DNA of 32,000 bases. It comes from Wallemia ichthyophaga EXF-994. Its lineage: Eukaryota > Fungi > Basidiomycota. How positions within the stretch are numbered: position 1 is the first letter of the stretch; each line of letters opens with the position of its first letter. Position numbers and translations under genes: made by a program. This document shows, in pieces, positions 9,677 to 20,573 of the stretch. Below the pieces are notes generated by a model, which was given only the letters and a program-made list of their open reading frames with translations, had not been told where the DNA came from and searched no databases. Location of the stretch: assembly GCF_000400465.1 (NCBI RefSeq), contig NW_008806275.1, forward strand, positions 177,443 to 209,442. The letters run 5' to 3'.

Positions 9677-10852
9677 CTATCTGTCATACCTATCTTGCAC
9701 TTGATCACCATGATTAGCTGTACTGTTGTAAGTCTGAGACAATATTCGACTCTCATCCTCATGCAGCAACGGCTGCTGCTCGTCGCTGTACCCCGCATGG
9801 CTCGCGAGAAGGTATTGTGCTGGCGACAGGCCTATGCCTACTTTTGTGAGGGACGAATTAGATCTTGCACGGATTGGTTTAATGCATGTGGTGTGTGCGG
9901 GGTGTGATAAATCGCGTGAGTGCACCTGAACCTGTGCAGATTCTATAGAACACCTCCGTACACACCCACGCTCAAGCTCCTGCTGCTCGCTTTCTGGCGC
10001 TCTACAAAGGAAAAAGACGCCACAGAACGACACAACCAGTCCGAGAAGCAGTGTCGGGTACGGAAAGGAGTCGAGGTCGTTAAAGAGGACTGAGCTGGAG
10101 AATATGACGGATATTGTAAAGTAGATGTACTGCGTGGGTATGACTATCTTGGAGTGAAATCGATTGAGGGCCTTGTTCAAGAAATGCACCTGTGCAGCTG
10201 CTGTGAGGAGAAGCACTATCAACGCGACGTATGTTATCTGATGCGTGAATGCCCCAGCCACATCCTTAACGAGCAGTCCGCTGAGTGCCTTTGTGGAAAT
10301 AACTGTAAGACTCCCGAAGAGGGCGCATATTAGAATGTCCACGGTAACAGATCGCCGAGCAAAAGTGCTATTTGACAAAGCCATAAGAAGGAAAATGGCA
10401 GTGAACAGACAGAAAAGGTATGTTTGGAACCAAGGCCTGTTTATAGCTGTGATTAGGGTGTTGTAGTCGACGTTGTCCTCTCTGGCTGTGTTTGAAGAGA
10501 CAAGGATGAAAGCCCCAGTAATGCAGAGCATAGAGCCAGCTATCTCTTGCAATCCAAACGATTCTTGGAGGAGGATTGGCGAGAAGATTCCGTTCGCAAC
10601 CAATGCACAGCTGCCGAGAGGGGCGACTAGAGGTGCTGGGGAGAGGCCATATGCGATAAAGTTGCAGCACTCTCCTAAACTGGACATTGCCAAACCGACC
10701 CAGAAAGTACCGTTTCGTAGGTATTGCAAGGTGTCGTCATTTTCCTCTAAATTTGAAATTTGCAGGTGGCTGAGTTTCTGGATATTTAGACCCAGCGCTA
10801 TAACGACGTTGCCTGCGATGGCCGCTACAACTCCTGCCACATTTCCCTTCAT
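9677..10852 (-). CDS. NIPA-family (DUF803) Mg2+ transporter; start may lie further upstream
   Basis: GNVVIALGLNIQKLSH, YLRNGTFWVGL, GECCNFIAYGLSPAPLVAPLG, GSLTVISTKA, QVHFLNKALNRF. Confidence 0.9.
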   Translation of the reverse strand: MKGNVAGVVAAIAGNVVIALGLNIQKLSHLQISNLEENDDTLQYLRNGTFWVGLAMSSLGECCNFIAYGLSPAPLVAPLGSCALVANGIFSPILLQESFGLQEIAGSMLCITGAFILVSSNTAREDNVDYNTLITAINRPWFQTYLFCLFTAIFLLMALSNSTFARRSVTVDILICALFGSLTVISTKALSGLLVKDVAGAFTHQITYVALIVLLLTAAAQVHFLNKALNRFHSKIVIPTQYIYFTISVIFSSSVLFNDLDSFPYPTLLLGLVVSFCGVFFLCRAPESEQQELERGCVRRCSIESAQVQVHSRDLSHPAHTTCIKPIRARSNSSLTKVGIGLSPAQYLLASHAGYSDEQQPLLHEDESRILSQTYNSTANHGDQVQDRYDR

Positions 10853-11173
10853 ATCAGCGAAAGAGAAGGCATGTGAGTGGCGAGTGATTGGTGGGAGGGG
10901 TGCAGAAAATACAACGGCTACAGCGCACAGAGCATAGAGCACGCAAGTCACAGCACACTAGAAATGGCACACGATACTCATTACTCACCAAAATCACACG
11001 GACACCCGTACGAATACACCCGATAGCCGTTGCTCATGCTGATCACTCAACTACGCAGCGGAGTCCCGTGAATACGTTCGATCGGTGCGGCTGAATGATT
11101 TGGCGTGTTATCTGTATTCAATATTAAACTGTGTAACTCTTTCTATCGATTTGACCATCACAAAGCAAGCCAA

Positions 11174-12711
11174 ATGGATCCATACAACAAGCCAAAGGGA
11201 CCTTCACCACACTACTCCCTCTACCAGCGTGAGCTCTTTAAGAATGGCCCACAGGGAAAGCTGCCGAGTGTCAGCACGCATCCGTCAAAGTGCGTTTGGG
11301 TTGTACTGTGCGCAAGTAAATCCCAAGTATCTGACATTGTATAGGTTACAACACGACGCCCGCAACAATCTCACAAACAACGGCTATTGGTATGCAAGTT
11401 CAAGTAAGTGAACCACTATCGACGAATGACGACATGGATTAGCGCTTATCTAACACTAATTTTCCAGACGCTGGGATGGGATGGACGCATGTGAGTGCAA
11501 AATCTGGCAATCTTCTGAACCCGCTAACACTCCCCACTCAGCACGCCAACAGAGAAGCTTTCTTCAAGTATCGCATCATTCCTCGCACGCTTCAAGACAC
11601 CAACACACGTGACCTCACAACCACAGTATTCGGTCACAAAGTACCAGCCCCAATCCTATTTGCACCCATCGGTATAAATAAGATCTATCACCCCAAGGGT
11701 GAGCTAGCTGCCGCGACGGTAGCTGGCGAATTGGGGCTCCCCTACTGCCTCTCTACAGCTTCCAGCTACTCTATTGAAGATGTTGCAGCTGCGCACGACA
11801 AGTCGGCCGCAGTGAAGAATGAGTCCAACTCGGTCAACGAGTACAGCGGGAGCAAAAGAGAAACTGAATCCAACGCACCCCGTTTCTTCCAGCTTTACGC
11901 CAGCCAGGACCCTCAAGTTACTCAAAGCCTATTGCGTCGCGCGTGGCAGAATGGCTTTGATGCGTGCATGATTACCACCGACACCCCTCAACTCGGTTAT
12001 AGACCGACAGATACAGATATCGGCAACTACGCCTTCTACGCAGGTAACTTGGGCAACGAAATGGGTGAATCGGATCCAGTGTTCATGAGAAAGTACGGCG
12101 ATGAACTTAAGCACGACCCAGGTCGCTGGATCGACCATAGCGTTTGGCATGGAAAGCCGTTGACATGGCCAGCTGTAGAAGAGATCAGAAATTTCTGGCA
12201 CGAATTAACAAATGGCAGACCTTTCTTAGTAAAAGGTGTCCAATCTGTCGCAGATGCCGAAAAGGTGAAAAAGTCTCACAAAAAATTGTTTTCCTTTTAA
12301 CATCCAACTCAGGCTCTATCGATTGGCTGCGACGGGATAGTCGTGACAAATCACGCAGGACGCCAAGTTGATGGTGCTGTGGGGAGTCTCGAGGTGCTCC
12401 CAGAAATCGCAGCAGCCGTCGGGCACAAGTGCACAATACTTTTCGACTCTGGGATCAGAACGGGTAGCGATATCATGAAAGCGATGGCGTTAGGCGCACA
12501 CGCTGTCATGGTAGGTAGAATGTGGGTCTGGGGTTTGTCTACGGGAGAGCCTGGCTGCCGTCATGTGATCAAGTCGCTCCTCGCAGACTTGGACATAAGC
12601 ATGACTGTCGGTGGCTTCCAATCACTCAGCGACCTCAACCCGGACATTCTCAAACACGATCCTCACTCGACAATGCCCCCAGGGGCTGCTGAGCCATCTA
12701 TTTTGTATTAA
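11174..12711 (+). CDS. FMN-dependent alpha-hydroxyacid oxidase/dehydrogenase (lactate oxidase/2-monooxygenase-like)
   Basis: Introns 11290-11344, 11404-11467, 11491-11541, 12265-12312. Motifs WYASSNAG, FAPIG, FFQLY, DTPQLGYR, LVKGV, TNHAGRQVDG, DSGIRTGSDI, VGR. Confidence 0.92.
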
Positions 12712-12787
12712 GTGGGTGTTTTGCAGTTTCTGCTTTAGCTCAAATTCTGCGCAACTTTTCATGCTTGCTGTTTGCCCTGTCACCTCC

Positions 12788-14013
12788 ATGACTGAACACA
12801 ATTTACTATTCTACGCTTATGCCGCACTCGGCGCGCAGGCAGTAGGCAGTGTGTACGCTGGTAGCTGGGGAGCGTTGAAAGTGGGTGTCCGTCCACGCAA
12901 ATACACCCGCTTACAAGGTCACAGACACCGAAAGCGACAAAGAAGCTGATTAGAGAGAGCAAGGGTGAATTAGAAGACGATGAAGACGAAAAGGATGAAG
13001 ATGTCTCCGAGAAGCTCAACGCTGGGGATGCAAAGATGTTCCCAATCATCGGCAGCGCTGTGCTTGGATCACTCTTCCTTATTGTCAAATACGTTAGCAA
13101 GGAGTATCTAAATATTCTCCTCGGTGGTTACTTTGCCCTCTTTGGCGGTTTTGCTGGTGCTAAATACCTCGACAGCGGTTTCTACCACGTCATCGGATCT
13201 AAGCTCTACAATACTCTCTTTCCCAAATGGAGACTCCTTCTTGTTAAAGGCAAGAGCGAAGAAGCTCGCTTCCCTTTCACTGCCTCCTCAATAGCCTTCC
13301 TTCTCCTTTCACTTGCAGCTTCGTTTTCATACCTCCTGTTCGACAGACCATGGTATCTCAACAACTTCCTCGGCCTTTCCTTCGCTTGGACCGGCATCAA
13401 ACTGATTGAGCTCGATAGCTTGAAAACAGGCGCTATCCTCCTCTCCGGTCTCTTCTTCTACGACGTGTTCTGGGTCTTCTTCACTCCAGTCATGGTTTCA
13501 GTAGCTAAAGGCATAGAAGCTCCTATCAAGCTCGTCTGGCCTAAGGATGCTGGTATAGCTTTCGTTGCTGACTTGGCCAAGAAAGTAGGACATGAGTGTG
13601 CATGTCTCAACAAACTAGTCTCAGATGAAAACCCCGGTTTGACATTGCTCGGTTTGGGTGATATAGTCTTACCCGGTATCTTTATCGCTTTGTGTCTCAG
13701 ATTGGATCTGCATTTGGCAACTGTAAGACACTCAGAGCAGAAAAAATCAGGTCTACCTCCAACATCAAACGACAAATTCGCAAAACCTTACTTCACGACC
13801 TGTTTGATAGCTTACTTTTTGGGTTTGGTGGCCACTGTCGTCGTCATGCACAACTTCAAAGCTGCTCAACCTGCTCTGCTATACCTCAGTCCAGCATGTA
13901 TTGGCTCAGTCGCGCTTTTGTCTGCTGCACGTGGAGAGTTTAAACAGGCTTGGAGTTGGACAGCCGAAGATGACCAAGAAAAAGACAAAGCGGATGACAA
14001 GAAAAGTGAATAA
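12788..14013 (+). CDS. Signal peptide peptidase (GxGD intramembrane aspartyl protease, A22B)
   Basis: Intron 12881-12924 gives ...GALKTPK...; catalytic YDVFW and LGLGDIVLPG; QPALLYL motif; probable in-frame intron 13553-13624. Confidence 0.93.
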
Positions 14014-14057
14014 TGTTAATATAAATAAATTATTGTATACACTCTCTACTAAACTAT

Positions 14058-17000
14058 CTACGACTCGTCCATTTCTTGCTCCTGTGCCTGCTCCTGCTCT
14101 TGTGTCTCGGCTGCTTCCTTTGGATAGTCCTCAGAATGTATTCTCAACACTTCATTGTACCAGTTTTCGAGGTTATAATCTCTAATTAAAGTTTCGAGTC
14201 GTGAATTTTCTTCTTGAAGATCGTGCAATATAGACGCAACCTCCTCCTGCGACATAGCTGGGAAACGAGCCAGCAAGTCTTTATCTGTGAGCTTGTTGAG
14301 TGATTTTTTAGGAGTGAGGAATAGTGCTTCAGGGTGATCATTTTCAGATGCAAGTTGGATGGTAGCATACAGAGCAGATTGGCGGAGATTCTCACCGAGT
14401 TGGTTATCGTTCATACCCATCGTACTACTCAGCGTGACCCAGTCATCGCGTAGGTAGACTCTTCTCCAAATTGATTTGAGTGAAGCGTGTGCGCGTTTAT
14501 CAGGTACATCCTTCGCTCTCACACATACATCAATCGCCGAAGCATAATCCCCGACCTGCTCATAGAAGTTGTCCTTGAGTGTGAGCAGGTCGACCAAATC
14601 TTCAGCATCCAGCGCCTTCCCTGTGAGTAATCCCCTGATAAGATTGTGGAGATGACTAATCAACCCCGATAAATCCAACCTAGACGCTACAAGTTCAGTG
14701 ATTTTGGCCACCTTGTCGTCTAGTTCCATCCGTTCGCTGCTTTCTCCAGCTTGAAGGAGCTGTGTTTGGAACGAATCAAGTAGTTTACCGTGCATACTGA
14801 TCAAGTCGAGTTTATCATCGGTAGCTTAAGTATATTATGTCAATTGGATAAAATCAATCAAACCAGTCCTCACCTTCAACCTCTTGCTGTGTTTTTGTGC
14901 TTTCGAAAGTATCGATATCAACGTTGGCGATATGAGACAATTTACCCAGACTGAGTAAGAGGTGCTTCGGTGCCAATTCGGATTCCCTTGACGACTCGTC
15001 TATCAGCGTCTGGCTAGCATCTATGTAACGCCCTGACGACAAGTCATGCATCCACGCAAAGCGTCCGTTATTACTCTGTTTGAAGAACTTGTAAAGCAAA
15101 TCGCCATAAGGAAGTTCATGTTGAAATAGTGTCCACAATTTACCTGATGCGATCATTGGGTCAAATGTAGCCAACTGCGAGTCTAAACCACCTACCATTT
15201 TCTACGTACCACTTATACAATTCAAACCCGAATTCTTCCTGATATGTATCGAGGTAATACTTGATACGATCAATACTGCCTACACTTGCAGTGCACAACT
15301 CTGTGAGAATCCTAAACGCACCATGTCTTTCAGCGAGATCGAAAGCAAAGTCAGCCTTATCTATAGTTACGAGGGGGTGTATGAGGTTAGGGCGGAGAGT
15401 GCGATTAAATTTATCCGATAAGACTGCTAATTCTTTCTCCGTTTTAGACCAAGCCTTGAGATAGTCGATGCGATCCTCGTACGACTCTATTGTAAGTTCA
15501 GCAATAGAGCAGAGCTGTTGACGCAACTCTTCCTGTTCACTCTGTCTACCAATTAGTTTCTGTGTCGCTTTCGTTGATGGGGCATTCTCGTAATCGGTAG
15601 GGTTATCATCGATGCTAGATCCCAACTCACGCGTTCTGTCGCGTAGCAGCTTCCTTGTGCGCTCATAAGTCATCTCCAAGACGTGTAGCATCTTAGTCTT
15701 GGCCATCCACGACTCAAAACCTCGTGCAGATGCATCTAAGCCGTATATCTCACTCTGCTGTTGACGGAATTTGAACGAAGGTGAGAGTGTGGCGAGAATG
15801 TAACGGTTTGATTCCAGTATCAGTTGCGATTTCTTCTCTATACCTGGATTTGATTCCATGTAGTCGCTAACTAGCCCGCTCATTTTTTCGATGAGCACAC
15901 CGATATCTTTGACCTGTTAATGGTGAGCAATGAATGATTAAACGCAGTCAGTATAATCGCCTACCTTCTTTTTTAAAAACATGCGCACGATATCCTCTTT
16001 CAGATCGGCACCGTTCATGTACGCTTCCACTGACGTCGATAAAAGACTTTCTGTACCGGAATCCTCAGTATTCTCATGTAGCCACAACTCATTCGCAGCA
16101 ACCAGCTTCTCAGCATCATCGCAGAGTTGTCTACGGGTACTTGGGGCCAACCTACCAAGCAAGCCATTTTCACTAATGTATTGAATAAGTTTGTGGCACC
16201 TGATTGAGCGATCGTAGATCTGGGCTCTTAAATCGAGGATAACGGGCATGTTGGCAGATCTGCTGGATAAAATATCCCTACTGACAGACTTGGTAGCCTC
16301 TTGCAAATCACCTTCAATGTATGCATTAGGAATGGCAAATGAGATTGGGTTGTGTTCTCTATCGCCGTAGAAAATTGCTTGTTCGAGTCTGCTCTTTAAC
16401 GTTGCTGTTAGTCTGGCAGCAGGATCGACCTGATTTTTCGAGTCTGACTCCAGCCTATCTAGATCCATCTTAATAGAGATTATACCGCCATTCACAGCGA
16501 GTGAGAAAATGGAAGCGGTATTGGATTCAATTGATGCGTGGCCATAACCGATAAATTTGTTGTTGAGGGGGTATTGGAGTGGTAACAACATTGAGTATTT
16601 TAGATTGTCGTTTAGAGTTGATATGAGAATGGCATCTGAGAAGACAACAAAGAAGGCAGGACCGCCTTGATGAACGATTAGCTTTGGAGTGGAGTAGGGA
16701 CGTGGATCAATAATGGCTTGGTAATTGAGATTTATCATGTTATCGACACTCCATGGCTGGGTTGGATCCTGGGTGTGTATGAGCAAACAAAGAGCGTATG
16801 ATTGAACCTTGTCCTTGTCACCATCATCATTGTTATTAGTTGGTGCAACGTAAGAGACAAGGACAGCTAATTTGCTGTCATTTGTAACGGCAGCATCTAG
16901 TATAGATACAGATAATTTGCAAGTGTGCACATCGAGACCAGTACCCGGTATCAAATGATCAGCTATAGAATCGCGAATGTTGTACTGGCCGATGAATTTA

Positions 17001-17752
17001 GAAGCATTTGATGAAGACGCAGCAGCAGAGGCATAGCCAATTGACCAAACTTGCACGGAACGCTCACCAAGAGCAAAGAGGTCTCTCGAACCGAATTGAT
17101 CGGGTTTTGAGAGTGCAAGTGCAGAGAATTGTTGAGATGTTGAGTAAGCGGCGGAGGAGAAGAGTCTTGCAAAGACACCTCGTGTCGGAGGGAAGGGTCT
17201 AACGATGGGATATAGTCTACCTTGTGAAGGGGCGAGAATGATATGTTTGAGGTTTGTAAAGGAGGTGGTGAGGATGTAATGTGAAGGATCAGACTCAAAT
17301 AGGCCAGTAACAGACTCAGACTGAGCGAGATCGTTGAGTTGGCCCTCTATAAACCTATCAACGCCAGAGAGGGCCATACCGACGTGTTCCCAGAATCGGT
17401 AAATACCGTTAGGGGAGATTAGAAGGAGACCAGGCTCGCGGGAGGTTGCTGGACAAGTGAGAATAGCAGCAGGTAGAGAGGAATTGGACGAATAAGACGA
17501 GTGGATGGGAGATGGACAAGGGAAGACGTAAGCTGTGGGGCTGAATAGAGCGCGCTTTGCGTAGTTCCAAACGAAGCATTCGCGTTGAGTGAGTAGGTAT
17601 GCGAAGCCTGAAGCGTGGTCGAGGAAAGAGGAGACAGCGTCCGTGTATAAGTCTAAGGATTGAAGGGCATGGGATACTTGAGCGGGGAGTGGGGCGTATA
17701 CTGATAGATTCACGTGATCATCTCTAGCGAGCGTGTGTGTTTGAGAGCTCAT
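14058..17752 (-). CDS. NUP133: Nucleoporin Nup133 (4 predicted exons)
   Basis: Four long same-strand ORFs joined by short GT-AG introns. N-terminal beta-propeller-like region (CFVWNY, EPGLLLISPNGIYRFWE), LKSRLEQAIFYG, AWMHDL, LLSLGKLS, IWRRVYLRDDW. Confidence 0.85.
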
Positions 17753-17780
17753 CGATGTTTGAGATGAAGGAACAAATAAA

Positions 17781-18277
17781 TTACAAGAAGATTTTCAGGG
17801 ATTGTTTAATGGATAATTTGAGTGCAGGGTAGAGTAGACTGAGTTGTGCAGACCACCAGTACTTGGACCAGTTATAATAGCGTTCATGATTGGCAAATGA
17901 CTGTGGAAGCTTTTGAGTAAAAGAAAAAACACGGCAAATCTACTCACCCAATCCCTCCAAAATTGCTGTAAGAGTACCTGCCTCCTTTCACCCTCTGCAT
18001 CGCCTACAAACTCCTTCAACGCGTGCTCACAGCGAATATTGTTATCTGACCAGAATTTATCATTGAAATTATCTAACTTGCGTCTTGATAGGTCAAATGA
18101 CAATTCCTCTGATGAGAAATGATCAATTTGATTAGTTGGTTCGTATGGGTGATGTTGCTGATTCGGTGTTGTTGCATCCTCTGAAGCGTATCTGATTGGC
18201 CTTAAATGGCTGTACTGTGAAGGCGGACCAATAAGCGTCGCCGGTATTTGCCTGAATGCTATCAATCCATTTCTCAT
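17781..18277 (-). CDS. COA8: COA8/APOPT1-like mitochondrial protein
   Basis: LIGPPSQYSHLRPIRY and FNDKFWSDNNIR; an intron after FWRDW leads to ...HERYYNWSKYWW...KQSLKIFL*. Confidence 0.75.
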
Positions 18278-18305
18278 GGCTGTTACTTGACAACTCTCAT
18301 AACAT

Positions 18306-18975
18306 ATGGCCAGTGTGACTCCAGCGAGTCAATCACCGCTAAATGTGAACAATTTCATTAAGCAGTTGAAGTGGTTGGTTGAGCTTTGGTCGTAATACTC
18401 CCCTCACTCCCACTTATAGGGTCATCACCGGGAGTGTTATCGCATATTTCACCAAATTACCATGGAATTTGAGTAATTTGTTAAGTAGCGGTGGATGGGA
18501 GCAGTGAGTGGTGTTTATTCAGTTGTAATTTTCCTCATTTCCCTTTCAAATCCCTTTAGAACGATTTCAAAGGTCTCAATTGGATTGCTCAGTATAACAA
18601 CCGCACTATTCCTATATCTGCTGATATGGCTGCCTTATATTAGAAACACTCTACCTGATTATCAAAAATGGCAATCTGAGAAGAATACCAGATTTGTTAT
18701 CCCTGTGAGTGTCAATTTCAGTCAATTTGAGTCAATTTTCAACAACTAAAACACTCACACAGATTCTAACAATATCAATCCTCTCTGGATGGTCCACTCT
18801 GTTTATTGCATTCGCTTCCACCAATTCCATTCTATACTCATTCTTTACTTGTGAGTAGGGTTTATTAGAATATCACACCTCTAAATTTCTCCTAGCCTGC
18901 TCTTTGTACTTGCTTGTATTCGGCTCTATCGGTTTAATCCCAACAAAAAGGAGACATGCTAACAAAGACATGTAA
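18306..18975 (+). CDS. Small multi-pass membrane protein, TMEM128-like (5 exons)
   Basis: Four GT-AG introns keep the frame: MASVTPASQSPLNVNNFIKQLKWVITGSVIAYFTKLPW...LFLYLLIWLPYIRNTLPDYQKWQSEKNTRFVIPILTISILSGW...LYLLVFGSIGLIPTKRRHANKDM*. Family call is from recalled similarity only. Confidence 0.7.
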
Positions 18976-19144
18976 TTTTTAATAGCGTATATAATAGCGT
19001 AAATGAAAGCGCATTAATAACTTATATGATAACATTGCTGTTTTGACTATTATCTGCTTTTCAACTTAATTCACAGCCATAACAAAATTTTAGTCCCCTA
19101 AGTACCCCTTTCTAGCCCTCTAGTGATGGGGGTTGGAAAATACG

Positions 19145-19454
19145 ATGAGCAAATTGATTACAACGAGTACACAAGCAACCTTGCCAATACAGCTATCGAT
19201 ATTAGAAGATGCACCCAAGTTCGATCCCAACGACAAAGCCATCGTGGGTTGTAGTTAAATAGCCATACATACACTCACACACTCACACACTCACACAGCC
19301 AGCAACAAAATTCCTCGTTAAGCCAATTGGGATGATAATTGTTTGTGCACTTCTCGCTACAGCTGTCTGTCTAGTCGGGTACGCGACGTATGAGCGACGC
19401 AAGTACAGGATGCAATACAAGAGGCGAGTGAGGCGGATGAGATTGTTGAGGTGA
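19145..19454 (+). CDS. 84-aa single-pass membrane microprotein, 2 exons, absent from ORF track
   Basis: Exon 1 19145-19243 (33 codons), GTGGGT...CACAG intron 19244-19298, exon 2 19299-19454. TM IGMIIVCALLATAVCLVGYATY is followed by a very basic tail. Confidence 0.7.
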
Positions 19455-19460
19455 GCAAGG

Positions 19461-20411
19461 TTAGCAGAATTTGTCGCTACCATTCAAAAGTCAGTCGATG
19501 CACGTAAACGTTAAACATATACACTCCACCCACCTCTTAGTTTTGCTGCGTCTATCGAGGAGTGTCTCATTGAGTTTGCCTTGTTTGACAGCCTGGCTGA
19601 GGTGTTTCTTGTCTGCGGGTGTGTATGTGTTGGCAGTGGCTTTTCCATAAGCTTGAAAGCGAGATGTGTGTGTAGCTTCGTCGGGCACGGCGTCAACCCC
19701 ACTAGCAGCACCAACTCCATCCAGATCCACTTGCACACCACTCCCACTCAACTTGCTAGCTTCACGCGCCATTTCCCGCTCACCAGCGACTTTGTACCCC
19801 GCCTGCACTTTGACTGTCCAAGATTCATTGAAACCAACGACATGACTATCAGCGCGCAGGGTGACGCCACCACCAGCTACCTCATCGATAGCGAGGAATT
19901 TATCGTAAGACGATAACCACGCTATCGTGCTGTCTTGCTGCACGACTGGTCTCCACTGCTCGTTCGGACCTCTAGCCTCACTGAGTGCGCTGACGCAGCC
20001 ATGCCGGTCAGCAGCGAGGAATCTCCCGTCAGCCGATCTGAGAGTAAGAGTGTCTGTGCCGCTTAGCTTGCTCGCTACCCACACGCTCGCTATGTCTGTA
20101 GGCGTGTATGTGAGCAGCGTGGGGGGTGCGGAAGGTGTGCCACTGCCAGAACCATCGCCAAGCACGTGCATGTGTGGACGCGATAGCGTAGCGTGGAAAT
20201 TCAATACTGATGGCCCACCGCTGTGAAGTAGCACCGCTGGGCCATTTATATGCATCGCTTCGGTTGCTATAACCCAGCTATTAGATTCCGTAGTTTCTAG
20301 CGCCGCGTCGTTGCGTGTTTCTCCACTTTCCTTCTTCAGTCCAGATCCCCCACCTCGCTTTATCTTCTTCTTCCCAGTATCGCCTTTGAAATGAAGCTTT
20401 TTCGGCATCAC
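19461..20411 (-). CDS. FRG1: FRG1-like protein (fascin-like domain)
   Basis: KKLHFKGD..KKKIKR N-terminus, ARGPNEQW, GKLNETLLDRRSKTK; a terminal intron yields ...KSDKFC*. Confidence 0.88.
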
Positions 20412-20573
20412 GGTGATGTCGATGGCGTAATGAGAAGAAGGATTGAATTCTTATCAGGTACAAGTTGCACTTGGCAAAGTACACAGTACACAACACAACA
20501 CAACACACATCAAACACAATACACTACCAACTTAACCAAATAAAGAAAATTTTTCAAAAGACTCAGAATACAT

